From: the human T2T-CHM13v2.0 reference genome, Homo sapiens
Assembly: GCF_009914755.1 (NCBI RefSeq)
Contig: NC_060931.1
Length of the DNA: 64,000 nt
Reading direction: 5' to 3' (one strand)
Below, piece by piece: positions 17,350-30,275 of the stretch. The position numbers and the translations under genes are program-made. How positions within the stretch are numbered: position 1 is the first letter of the stretch; each line of letters begins with the position of its first letter. A model generated the notes under the pieces. It saw only the letters and a program-made list of their open reading frames with translations, was not told where the DNA came from and searched no databases.

Positions 17350-19055
17350 TCTAAAACACGATTGCATGTTCACAATTCTGAAACTACTTTATATGTATAG
17401 CATTGAAAAAAATACATATATGAATTGTAGATGGTAGATAATAGAGGCCAGTTTTCTCACTGTTGGAGAAAAAACATTACAAATAAGCAAGGGCAAAAGA
17501 CTATAGTAAACTCTGTGGTACTGGGTTAGATGTGGAGATATTAGCAAAAACAAAGGTTTATTTTAATACACATGCAGATTTATAGATACAGAAATAATTA
17601 TACATGAGTTCATATACAAATGTACGTTCCCTGCCTATATATCCTTGAGTGAGCCAAAGAGCGGTGACATTCAGTAGCAATGAGCATACCTAGTGCTCAG
17701 ATGTAGGTTTCTAAATACCATGTTCTAATAAAAGAAACTAGGGCTTCTTGAAGAAATGGCTGATACTAGAGACAAATACAAATTGTACCTGTAGCAACTT
17801 TTAGTGCCAGAAAGTAAAGTGGTCAAAAACTAAAAATAAAGGGACATATTAAAAGGACATAGGAGCAAACCTGAAAGCCATTTCAGTGGCAAAAGCTGGA
17901 ATAATTTGAACAACAAAATAAGTAACTGTAGTATTGGTTACAACCCAAAATATAAATATTCAGCTAGGCGCAGTGGCATACACCTATAATTTCAGCAGCT
18001 TGGGAGACTGAGTTGGGAGGATCACTTGAACCCAGGAGCTCAAGACCAGACTGGGCAACACAGTGAGACCCTATTTCAATTTAGAAAAAGAAAAGGAGAA
18101 AAAACATTTTTTAAAATATAATTATGCAAGAGTCCATGCTGCTGTAAATAAATAAGTAAATAAATAAATGGTGGAGAAGGCACAAATTTTCCTTACAGAA
18201 AAAATCCAAATAAGAAATATAGAAAGAGTGAATGAAATAGAGAATCACCATTAGTATGCCACAGTAATAATTGCTGCAGGCACTGATAAATGCTAAAATT
18301 AGTGGATGAAACTTTAAGGAGAAACGGAATATTTGCATAGCACCAAAGTATCTTCTCTTAAGTATGCATTAATTGCTGTGGTAATTTTAACATATGTCCA
18401 CAAATTATTTGATACACCTCCCTCCAGGTGGTGGCGCTTAATTCCCCTTCCCTTGAGGATGGGCTGAATTTAATGACTGATTTCTAATAGATTATGGAAA
18501 GGGAAAAAATAGTAAGTTTACCGTATAGAAACCTGACAGATCAAAGTTAGCATCACCATTAATAAGTCATGTTGGTGTCATGTCCTCCCTGTTATGATGC
18601 GATGAGAATGGCACCTCATCTTTGTGGAAAAATGTATTTCCTCAGTATAATTATGAAAAAGCATCAAATAAACATAAATTAAGGGGCATTCTATAAGATG
18701 GTTGAGCAGCATTTCCCAAAAGTGTTAAGATCATGAAAAACAAGAAAACTAAGAAAAGGTAGCAAAACAGAAGAGATTAAGGCCACATGACAAGTAAATG
18801 CAATGTGGTACCCTAAATTAGATCCTGGGACAGAAAAGTGACATTAGTGGCAAAACCAATGAAATCTGTACAAATTTCAGACTTTATTTAGTAGTATTGT
18901 ACCAACATTAATTTCTTAAGTTTGACTATGGTTATGTAAGATATTAACATTAGGGGAAGTTGGGTAAAGGGTAAATGACAACTCTCTATAATACAGAAAT
19001 TATACTATATTGGAAATTCTTCTGCAAATCTAAAATTATTTCAAAATAAAAAGGT
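17350..19055 (+). mobile_element. Old L1 3' UTR (L1MC/L1MD-type)
   Basis: Ends with TAAATGCAATGTGGTACCCTAAATTAGATCCTGGGACAGAAAAGTGACATTAGTG...AAATCTAAAATTATTTCAAAATAAAAAG, a typical L1MC/MD terminus. Confidence 0.8.
17962..18095 (+). mobile_element. Alu monomer (FLAM-type) inside L1
   Basis: Single left-arm-like monomer GCGCAGTGGCATACACCTATAAT...GGGCAACACAGTGAGACCC plus A-rich tail. Confidence 0.85.
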
Positions 19056-19262
19056 TTTTTAAAGTGTGTACAACAGTTCAAATAGAACTTCATTTGGAGG
19101 ATGGGAGAAGAAGAAAGGCATGTAAATAATTAAAATTCTCTTATACTTTATGAGAAGTAAATTGTTTTTAATAGAAATAGCAGTCTTCACATAATAGTTA
19201 GAAATATGATTGTCTCTGGGGAGCAGAATCAGGAAAAGAGGGCAAGTGGCTGCCCTCCCCCA

Positions 19263-19569
19263 TTTTTCTGAGACACAGTCTCCTTTATCGTCCAGGCTAG
19301 AGTGCCATGGCACAATTATAGCTGACTGTAACATTAAACTCCTGGGCTCAAGCAATCTTCCCATCTCAGCTTTCCCCCAAGTAGCTAGGACTATGGGCAT
19401 GCACCACCATGTCTGGCTAACTTTTTTATTATTTTTTATCTTTAAAATTTCTTGTAGAGATGGGGTCTTGCTATGTTTCCCAGGCTGGTATGAAATTCCT
19501 GGCCTCAAGCAATCCTGCCTCCATCTCCTAAAGCACTGGGATTACAGGTGTGAGCCAACATGCCCAGCC
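19263..19569 (-). mobile_element. AluJ element, followed by (TAT)n at 19581-19607
   Basis: AACTCCTGGGCTCAAGCAATCTTCCCATCTCAGC...GGGATTACAGGTGTGAGCCAACATGCCCAGCC. Confidence 0.93.
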
Positions 19570-21181
19570 TAGAACTGTTGTATTATTATTATTATTATTA
19601 TTATTATAAACTTTTTAGCACAATTTAACTTTTATAACACAGTGCATATACTATATTGATTTGATATTAAAGAAGCAAAACAATTTTAGCAATAAATAAT
19701 AATCCAATTAATTCTTAAGAAATCTGCATCAGGGATCATGGCAAGAGCCAAGACAAGACATCAGGTACAATCAGCAGTTACTGGGAGTAAGACCCATAGC
19801 CTCCCAACAAACAGCAGTATCTAGTACTGATTTGCACAATTGCACTGCACTATTTAAAAGCCTTCTCATATGATGCTGCTAAAGTCAGCTACCCAGAAAT
19901 GTTTTGAAGTTCATGAAAATCAAAATGTCTTAGAAATATAATAGATCCTTTAAAAGACTGACATTCTGCCTTCTATTACATAACATGGCTAAGTTCAACA
20001 GGGAGCTAGAAGCATAAAAGGCACATCAGCTGCTAGCAAAAGGGAGATGAAAGCAAAACAAATATCTGGGGTTAGGGGAGACGTTTCCTCTAGGAAGACT
20101 AGGATTGAGGCCTTTAAGGAAATGATATGCTACGGATTTTGTTGGCATACATTACTAGGAGGGAGAGGGGGCTGGCAAAGCTTTAATCTCAAGTTCATGA
20201 TTTTTTTTTTTAGCTTTCTATTTTCCTGTCTTCTTGTTTCCAGTCACCATAATCTTCCCACCTTCTATCTTCTCCTTCTCTCTTTTTTATTTACAATTTT
20301 TCTGTGTTTTTATCTTTCCGAAAAAAGGCCTCTTTTGAAGTGTACCTTTTATCTCAATGACTAACAAGAAGCACTGTTAATAATCGGGACTCTGAGATAA
20401 TGGAGAACATATACTTAGAACAAGAATAAGAAGTCTTTAATTTAGCCACAGTGATATCATTTTTCTGACAACATTTTTGATGGCATTTCACTGATTGTTA
20501 AACATTATGCAAAGAAGACAACTCAAGGATATTGAGAGTTCTTTAATGTTTAAAAACTTCTGAGGAAAAAAATTAGATGTGCTAGTTTTACTACTATTGC
20601 TCTATTTCATAATTATTCTGAGTTATGAGGTTCCAAGAACGTTTATGAAGATGCAATAGGTAAGACTTTTTGGGAAGTGAAGAGAGGTAATACATGTTAC
20701 TAGTTCCTATGTGATACTTCAGTTCTTTCCTCTGTGTTTGTTTTTTATGTTTCATTGCTAAATCCATCTGTAAAGAAAGGCTGGAGTCTTTGCCTGAAGG
20801 AAGGAGTATATGAATATGTAAATAATACTTTAATGTGATGAGATTTTTCTATTTGAATATCACGTTGATAGGAAATGTTATGTTATCCTAAATATCAACA
20901 CAGCTCAGAACCAGACGATCACATTTTGTTAACTATTTCTAAATTTCATTTGCAACTGTGTGATTTACTGATAAAGATTAAGACATAAAAACGAAGTATT
21001 TTTTATTTAAATAAAGATAGGCTTTTTTTGCCTTGTGTATTTTATTAAGCATAGTTGGAGATAAAAAAGTGGAATTTAAGGACAGCCAGGGGCTTATTAC
21101 AGATGGTCAGTACTGCATAGTTTCTTCTATTTTAAGTTCTTTCTCAAAGTACAATTGATCTACTAAATGTGTGCCTACTTT

Positions 21182-21363
21182 TTTTTATGTTTTTAATTGA
21201 CAGATCAAATTATATGTACTTATTCTGTACAATATGATGCATTGACTTATATATACATCATGCAATGACTAAATTTAGCTGATTAACATTTGCATTAACT
21301 CATGTAGTTATCATTTTTGTGGTGAGAACATCTAACATTCATTGTCTTAGCAGTTTTCAAGAA
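21182..21363 (-). mobile_element. Short L1MA 3' fragment
   Basis: TTTTTAATTGACAGATC...GTTATCATTTTTGTGGTGAGAACAT; TSD TGCCTACTTT at 21172-21181 and 21364-21373. Confidence 0.85.
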
Positions 21364-22239
21364 TGCCTACTTTCTTTAACCAAATCAAGACAGAAGAAAT
21401 TCCCTTCAGTGTTTTCTGTTAAACAAAAAGTAGTAAATATTATCTTTAAGAATCACTGTACTAACAAGAAAACACACTGGACTATGGGAATTGGGTTAGC
21501 ACTTATATTCTTTATTTATCAAGAGAGTTCATGAAGGTCACTGAGAATTTGGCCTTGGTAAGGAAAATCATGAATAACATTCAAATGTATTTAATAAAAA
21601 TAGAAGGTCAGACAAGGATTTCAGCATTGAGAATAAGGCAAAGCAGCAGTGCAAATGAGTAGTAAGAAGCCTGTTTTGAATTATACTGGAAACGTTAGCA
21701 TGGAACAAAGAGTAGTACTTCTCAACATCATATCTCTGTCTGAAAATGATCACCCAGTAAAGGTGGAAAAGAAACCTGACAGCCCACTTTGTGTTGGCAA
21801 ATGCCCTGACAACATAGTAGAGGAAAAGGAATTTAACTTCTTCAAATTGAAATGAGAAGGAAGTCAGTGGCTAGAATAACAGAGGTGGATCAGGGCTCAA
21901 TATATCAACTAGTTCATGCCATTGCTTAACTGAATATAAGCAAATCATTCAAAATCAGCCAGCTAGTCTATTTTAAAGCCTCCTATAAAATATGCTTCCT
22001 TCTCCCCCACGCAATCAGCTTTAGTAAACAGCTGCAGAGTATAAAGGCCTATATATTGAGAGAATAATCTCAAGGTTAAGGGAAAGAAATGCCCTGGATA
22101 TTATGATAACCATACCTGATGTAACATTGCAGACACTGTAGAGCTTATCACATGATCAATTAGAGGAGATATTTTCATCTACTTTTATAGAATTAAATAC
22201 TATTTAATTTTGCTGTTACTTAAAAATGTATCAATTATT

Positions 22240-23100
22240 TCACCTTTCCATTGAACTCTGAATTTGTATATCTAGCTCTATATTTAAATCTCTATCTGGA
22301 TTTCTAATACTCATCTTAATATCAGCATGTCAAAAATTAAAAGCCTGCATACCTTCTTACACACACACACACACGCACACACACAAACGCACATGCACAC
22401 ACATGCACTCACCCTTATTATAGTCTTGCCAACACACACACAGCTCCTATAGTCTTGCCATCCTAGTAAATGCCAACTTTATAATTTGAACTGATGAGGT
22501 AAAAAATCTTGTAGGATTTCTATCAGGAAATCCTTCTGACACAAACTTTTAGACACAGTCAGAATCCCACCACTTCTCATCACCTCCATTACTGGCTTCT
22601 CCATAGCCGTGGTCTTCTTTTACATACTCATTTCCAATAACTTCCTACCTCCTCTTCCCACTTCCAAGGTAGGATAGGGCACTTGTTTCCTTCCTTACTG
22701 ATTATAATCCCAATGCTCTCTTCTAGTCTATTGTCACAAAAGCCTGATGATCCTTTTAAAGCATACTTCAGATCTTGTCATTTCTCTGCTCAATATCCTT
22801 TAGTCATTTCTTGCCTCATTCAGAGAGTGTCATTGTATTGGTAGAATCTCCTCTAACCATCTGATACAAAGTACTAATCTTTCCTTGGCAGACCCTGACC
22901 TTTCTACCCTGCCTTATTCTTTTCTCTGATATTTATTACTATCTGACACATTCTATGTTTAATTGTTTATATATTTTCTATCTGCCATCATTAGAATCTA
23001 AGATCCATGAAGATAAAAGCAATGTGTGTTTTATTTTCTACTCTATTCCAAGCACCTAGAAAAGTACTCAGCTCAATAAATATTTTTGAATGAATAAATT
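22240..23100 (+). mobile_element. L2 LINE 3' portion containing a CA-rich microsatellite (about 22359-22442)
   Basis: Ends TAGAATCTAAGATCCATGAAG...AGCACCTAGAA...CTCAATAAATATTTTTGAATGAAT, the canonical L2 tail. Confidence 0.8.
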
Positions 23101-23169
23101 TATCAAGCAATCAATAACAAGAAAAACTTTAAAAGGGAATGTGGCTGTAAGTTATCATATGATGAACTC

Positions 23170-23646
23170 CCATGGATTGAATTGTGTCCCCCAAATGTGT
23201 TCAGGAGTCTTGTCAAAAAAACTTATTTACAAATATAGTCATATTCACAGGTACCAGGGGTTAGGACTTGAACACATTTTGTCAAGACCCTATTTATAAA
23301 TCATGGCGAGGTTATATTGGATTAGAGTGGGCTTTAATCCAATGACTTGTATCCTTATAAGAAGACATAGACACACACACACACACAGAGAATGCCATGT
23401 GAAAACGGAGATAGAGAATGGAGCAATGTGGCTACAAGCCAAGGAATGTCAAGAATTGTCTATAACCATTAGAAGGTAGAAGAAGCATGGAAGGATCCAC
23501 CACAAGAAGTTTAAGAGGGATCATGACCTTGGCAACAACTTGATTTTAGACTTCTGTCATCCGTAACTGTGAGACAATAATTTTTTGTTGTTTTAGACCA
23601 CCCAGTTGATGGCAATTTGTTATGGCAGACTTAGGAAACTAACATA
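23170..23646 (+). mobile_element. MLT1B/C-type solo LTR with an internal inversion
   Basis: ATGGATTGAATTGTGTCCCCC start; TTTGTTATGGCAGACTTAGGAAACTAACA end. Confidence 0.88.
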
Positions 23647-26600
23647 TAAATCTTATTCTCTTTTTCATCAACTTCTGGGATATTGGAAGTTTAATAGAAT
23701 CTTTAAATGGAAGATTTAAAACAAATATACTGAATATGTTTTGTACAGGACAATATTTACTATGCTTAACTAACAGTTGTGGTCTTGGGTTTGGATTGCC
23801 CATTAAACTCATGAGACAAAATGAACTTCACTCAGCCCCTAAGAATAGGCTTCACATATCCTCCAAGAAAGGACACGGGATGGCCAATCTTGAATGTGCA
23901 AGAATAGCAGAACAGAGGCTTATGACCCCCAGCTACAGCCACCAAATGTTGAATCTTTCCAAATTGGGATATGCATAATCATAGAAGATAAGGTCTAGTG
24001 GCCATGGACCACCTCAGCTCAGGGAAGCCATCAGCTCTAGGATCTCATCAGCTTTTCTACTTCACTAGACTCAGAATCCTTCCAGAGGTGTGGAATCAAA
24101 TCCTATCTCTGGTGCAACTAATTACTCATTAATTTTAGGTTATTCCTATACAAGTCACTCAATAAACAGTCTAGGCACTCAAGTACAGGTATGTTATTCA
24201 TTATGTATCAACCTTAGCAGGATTCATTTATCTTGCATCTGCCACACACTAACATGTTCCTGGTGTTCATATTTCAAGGAGGAGGATTTAAGCAAAGGTC
24301 AAATCCTTAGATGTGTTTGAGGATAAAGGAAAGGCAACAGACCAGGCAAATAACATTTCCTCTCCACAAAGAATAATGTATAGCTCAAAAATAGAATATT
24401 TCCAAGAATTGTCTAAATGTATTAATAGAAAACATTTCTTTCACTTGTGTCACGCAGTCTTCATGTCAAAGCACTTACGTCCAACCACATTTGTTCTCAA
24501 CATTCACTGAGGTGAAATAGAGTACTTGTGATCTTCTTTACTGATTGTAGTCCGTCAGATGAAAAAAATCAATAGCCTATGAATGGCCTTTCTACTAATC
24601 TTCCAATTACGATGTTTAGGAGTCTGCTGATTATGTTTAAAGTCAAATTAGGGATATTTAGATGCTTTCCCAAATATTTGAGAAATGTTTGACAAACCCT
24701 ATAAAAATAGTATGCTCTTGTTGTAATCATTTATTGACTCCACTTTGAACTTCCATCATTAGGATATTGCAGACTTTACCATTATCCATTGCAGTATTAT
24801 TTGGTGTATTTCCTTATCTAGCTGTGAATGGCTCTCAGAACTAATCTAAGCAATAGAACAGTCTAATCTGTGAAATTTTGCAGATAACCAAATGGAGTTA
24901 TTCCATCATGGTAAACTCTGTAGTATGAGGCAACAATTAGGGACCCACACCTGTTAAATCATTCCATAGGAAAGATACTAATAATACGAAAATCAAGACC
25001 ATGTAGAATCTTCAGAGAGGTCATATTCTATTTATTGAAACTTAGTTATTGTTTTTTGTTACACAGATTTTTAAAATTAATTCTTGCCAGCACATTTTGG
25101 TATAATAAGTTTATTCTATCTATGTTTTCCTCTTCTGTAGAAAAATGTATGTATGCATTTTTCTTCCTAATCTGAAAATTTTAAAAATAACTTTCAACAG
25201 CACACATTTCCATTAGTATGCATTATTTGTATTTTCAGACCATCCAAAAGCATTTCTAATTCAGTATAATTATTACATGCAATGCAGCAAACACTTTAGT
25301 TTGATAAAACTCTCATTGCCTGCTTTATTAAACAAATATTTATTGAGCTCTTGCTATATTCCAAGAATGAATAAGTGCTGAAATGTTTGCAACAAGGATG
25401 AATAAAATGTAGTTACTTTCTGGCTCATAATCTGATAGAAAATAAAGCTTAATATGTGAAGGCTTTAAGATGTACAAATTGCCATAGTATCATCATAATG
25501 AATTGCTTCACACTATTTTCTGGAGTTTAGCTTTGAAATTTTAAAATGTTTTCTAATCTGACATTTTCAACATGGAACATAAGTATTACGAAAGTTACTA
25601 TAAAAATAAAGTTCCCTGGTCAAATAAGTTTTTGATACCAGCATACTATATTCCAGAGTATATTATTCCCTCAACTACTATGAAAAGTATTTCAGTAAAG
25701 AAGCCTGTTTGCCATATTTGTTTTAAACTTATTTGATTTTGGATAATTTTTTTCACATTTTTTCTAGCAAAATCCTGAGAACTGATGTTTTGCAAAACAC
25801 TATTTAATATACTCAAATAAATGCTGATGGATTTCTTTGATTTGAAAAGTAAACTTAAATTCTGTTAGTTCCGAAAATACTTACTTGTAAGTTTAATAAA
25901 TCTGAGTCTTTAATCACTATCTATTTTTCAGAAGATATTTCTCTTGAAGGGTACAACATCAGAGATTAAGTTGGTGTTTTTTTTCCCCTTCTCTATCTTT
26001 AGTTAGAAAAGGTGCCAAATAATTCACACTATAGCAGGAGAAAATTACTTTGGAGTAGAATTATTAATTTGTTAACTTCACAATTATTTATCATCCCTTT
26101 TCTGCATCAGGTTCTGTATTAGGCACTGGAGGCACAAAGGAAAACCAAATGAAAAAGGCATCTACACTTGTGAAATTTCCAGTTAGTAGATGACAGGCAT
26201 CTATTCAATCACCACATAGACATATGCATAAATTACAAACACATAGCTTGTATGAAGGAAGGCTACCCCCTTTGTTCTGAGAAAAATTGCTTCAGTGCTC
26301 TATATAAGAGTAAGGGCAAATTACCTTTATATGATCTTTTCTGCTCTTGAAAGAATAATTTTAGTATTCCTGACATGATTAAATGTCTAGTTAGCAGGCC
26401 CTATTGTCCTGGGAAAATAATGTAGCAAGACCTGTTATTCTTTGAGTAGCTTTGAGACACCTTTGTTGGGTGGCTTTGCAGGACACTGGGCAGAGTTTCT
26501 ATAGCTGGCCTCTAGAACTAGCCCTGACCACTCATGCCCCAGGGAAGACTGACTGGCACACAGCTTGGGAAGCTGTGACTCTGAACTGCAAAACCTGGTA

Positions 26601-27917
26601 GGCATGAGAACAACACTAGATCCTCAGGCATCCTAGGGTATGAAGGCCTCTAAACTAAACCTAACACTGGTTATTAGCAGAACAGCTGTGAAAGGGCTCT
26701 AACCTCCTGATAAAAGCTGGAATGAAGTATCAGCTGCCTCCATGGAGTTATAGAATCAAACTTCCAAATTTACTTTATCAGTGTGAGAGTGACTTCAAAG
26801 CCCACGAGCCTACCATTTCTGCCAGAGATAATCAGACACCGTGATATTCTGAACGATGTTGTTTCTAATGGTAAAGTTTAATCTCAAATGCTAACACATT
26901 CTTGAATTCTAAGACACAAGCACATTGTGTCTCAAATCTCTATCAACTGAGGCCCATGAGACAATAGAAATAAGAATCTGGCATTACCCCTTCTCTAGGG
27001 GTAATTTAGAGCCCACTGGAAGTAAGTAAATGATGGGGTTGAGAGGGAATTCGCATCAGGCTCCTGGCCTATTGGTAAAGCATTTCTCTGAACAGAGCTT
27101 ATTATTTTGAAATAGAAAATATAGCAATGTGGGATTTTCTTCTTTTCATTTTCTTCTATATAATATTTGTCCCATTTTCAATAAGACTTTTTTATGGCTT
27201 GGGATATATGAATAATGATCTTTAGAACAAAAAGATAAGAGAAAAATAGTTTCTGATCTTCAAAATAGGATATTTTTAGTCTCAAGTAAGACAAGTATAT
27301 TTATAACTAAGCTTTATCTACAAAAAAATACTTCAAAAAATAATAGTTTTCACACCTTGAATCTATTGAGCTATGGGCCTGGTGAACTATATCATACAGC
27401 TTGACATAGAGATGATCTAGAGTAGGACAGACGCTGCCCCTCCAAGGGATTGCAATGACAAGGAAGAAGAGTGATAAGTGAAGCTGCCAGTGGAATGTGT
27501 GTCCTGATTTCTCTCTAGACAGAAGCCCAGAGTTAGAAGGTGTGTTGGAGGAATTGAGGGGACCAAAATGGCAGTAAGATTGTTCCATGATCCTATTTGG
27601 AAATCCAGAAGGAGATTACTTCATACTACCCCCACATCCCTAAGGCAGTGCGTGATGAAAAACTTTGAATCCATCCTGGCTAGGCAGAAGAAGTCCTGAG
27701 CTTACTGCACCTAAGCTTCTGTTGGACCATGTGAGGCATCAAGGGAATAACAGATCCATGAATATCCTGGATGAAAGGGGTTCCAGAAGTCACTGAGTTG
27801 ACACTGAGCCAGTGGATCTGCCATAGGTGTCACTACTGTGACCATGGTGGGAGGTGACAAAACATTAAGTGCTACAGAGAAGATAGCCTAATCCAGGGGC
27901 CAAATGAAGGATGAGGC

Positions 27918-28341
27918 TGTGTCAGTCCATTCTTGTGTTGCCATAATAAAATACCCGAGGCTGGATAATTTGTAAAGAAAATAATTTTAATTGGTTCACA
28001 TTTCTGCTGGCTCTATGGGATGTGTAGAGCTGGCATCTACCTCTGTTGAGGGCCTCAGAAAAGTTACAATCATGCTAGAAGATGAAGGAGGAGCCAGCAC
28101 ATCACATGGTGAGAGAGGGAGCAAGAGATAGAAAGAAGGAGGAAGAGCCAGACTGCTTAAACAACCAGATCTCCCATAAACTCAGAGTGAGAACTTGCTT
28201 GTTATCAGGGGGAGGGCATCAAGCCATTCATAAGGGATCTGCCCCCATGTCCACAACACCTCCCTCTAGGCCCCACCTTCAACATTGGGGATCACATTTC
28301 AACTTGAGATTTAAAGGGGACAAAACATCTAAACCATATCA
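27918..28341 (-). mobile_element. MST (MaLR) 3' LTR
   Basis: TGTGTCAGTCCATTCTTGTGTTGCC...AAACCATATCA, followed directly by the polypurine-tract complement ATTCACCCCTTGTCCCC. Confidence 0.9.
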
Positions 28342-29669
28342 ATTCACCCCTTGTCCCCAAAATCTCACATTCTTCTCACATTGCAAAATACAATCATCCT
28401 TTCCCAATAGTACCCCAAAGTCTCAACATGTTCCAGCATCAAATCAAAGTCTCATGTCCAAAGTCCAAAGTCTTTTCTGAGACTCAAGTCATGTTCCTTC
28501 TACCTATGAGCCTGTAAAATCAAAATCAAGTTATTTACTTCCAAGATACAATTGTTGTATAGGCATTGGGCAAACATTCTTGTTCTGAAAGAAAAAAAAA
28601 TGGCCAAAAGAAAGGGGTAATGGGCCCCACACAAGTTCTAAACCCAGCAGGACAGTCATTAAATCTTAAAGCTACAAAATAATTTCCTTTGTCTTAATGT
28701 CCCACATCCAAGGTACACTGGTGCAATGTGTGGGCTCCCAAGGCCTTGGGTAGCTCTGCCCCTCTAGCTTTGCAGGTTGCAGTCCCTCAGCTGTTCTTAC
28801 AGATTGGAGTAGAGTGCCTGTGTCTTTTCCAGGCTCAAGACACAAACTTACGGTGGCTCTACTATTCTGGGATTGGGATGGCAGCAGCCCCTTTTCCCAC
28901 AGCAGCCCTTTCCCTACAGCTCCACTAGGCAATGCCCTAGTGGGGACTCTGTGTAGGGGCTTGAACCTCACATTTACTCTTGGTACTTCCATAGGAGAGG
29001 CTATCTGTGGAGACTCTGCCCCTGCAGTAGGCTTGTTCCTGGGCCCCCAGGCTTTCCCAAACATCCTCTGAAATATAAGGGGAAGCTGCCAGGCCTCCTT
29101 CTCTCTGGCATTCTGCACACCTGCAGGCTTAATGCCACATGGAAGCTGCCAAGGCTTATGACACCTTGTGCTTTCTGAAGCAGGAGACTGAGCTGTACCT
29201 GGTGCTCTCTGAGTCACAGCTGGCGCTGGAGCAGCTAGGATGCAGACAACATTCTCCTGAGGTGGTATTGGGCAGTGGGAACCCGGGACTGGTCCTTGAA
29301 ACCATTCTTTCCTCCTAAGCCTCTGGGCCTGTGATAGAGGGGCTGTCCTGAAGATTTCTGAAGTGACTTTGAGCTCTTTTTCCCATTGTCTTAACACTTG
29401 GCACCCGTTTAGTCATCTAATCTCTCCACCAAGTGGTTGATCTGCAGACTGCTTGGATTCTTTCTTTACTACAGGGCCAGGCTGCAAATTTTCCAAACTC
29501 TGCTTCCCTTTTAAATGTAAGTTCCAACTTTAAGTAATTTCTTTGTTCTCATATCTTATTGTAGGCTGTTAGAAACAACCAGGCCACTTCTTCAACACTT
29601 TGCTGCTTAGGAATTTCTTCTGATAGATACCCTATGTCATCATTCTTAAGTTTAAATTTCCTCAGATCC
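28342..29669 (-). mobile_element. MST/THE1-type internal sequence, truncated by HERV-L insertion
   Basis: Typical MaLR internal motifs (AAAGTCCAAAGTC, CCTATGAGCCTGTAAAATCAAAA, CAGCTCCACTAGGCAATGCCC, GGCTGCAAATTTTCCAAACT). Confidence 0.9.
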
Positions 29670-30275
29670 TGTATTAGTCAGCATTCTCTTAGAAGGACAG
29701 AACTAATAGTATATATGTGTATATATACTATTATATGTACATATAATAGTATATATGTGTATATATACTATTATATATACATATAATAGTATATATATAA
29801 AATAGTATATATACATATAATAGTATATGTATATATATGTATATATGTATACATATTATATGTATATATGTATATATGTATACATATTATATGTATATAT
29901 GTATACATATTATATGTATATATGTATATATAATAGTGTATATATATATATACTATTATATGTATATATGTATATGTATACTATTATATATACATATAAT
30001 AGTATATATATATATATATATATATCCAGCATCCAGCATGAGAGAAAGATGTAGGCTGGGAGGCTAGCCCTGTCTCTCCTTTTCACATTTTTCTGCCTGC
30101 TTTAAATTTGCTTGCAGCTGATTAGATTCTGCCCACCAGATTAAGTGTGGATCTGACTTCCCCAGCCCACTGACTCAAATTAATATCTTTCAGCAACACC
30201 CTCACAGACACACCCAGGATCAGTATTTTGTATCCTTCAATTCAATCAGGTTGATACTCAGTATTAACCATCACA
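29670..30275 (-). mobile_element. MLT2A-type 3' LTR of HERV-L with expanded TA-rich array
   Basis: TGTATTAGTCAGCATTCTCTTAGAAGGACAGAACTAATAG...CTCAGTATTAACCATCACA, then AGTCTACCCCTT (PPT complement). Confidence 0.92.
29704..30026. repeat. Complex TA-rich, partly palindromic tandem array
   Basis: 40-bp unit TAATAGTATATATGTGTATATATACTATTATATGTACATA followed by TATATG/TATACA/TA variants. Confidence 0.95.

Noticed and set aside
28672-29397. Longest ORF in the window (241 aa)
   Set aside because: Lies wholly in MST/THE1 internal sequence, which commonly gives long open frames. No cellular protein similarity or gene context.
29827-30067. Tyr/Ile/Met-rich ORFs (also 52473-52670)
   Set aside because: Translations of TA-rich simple repeats.
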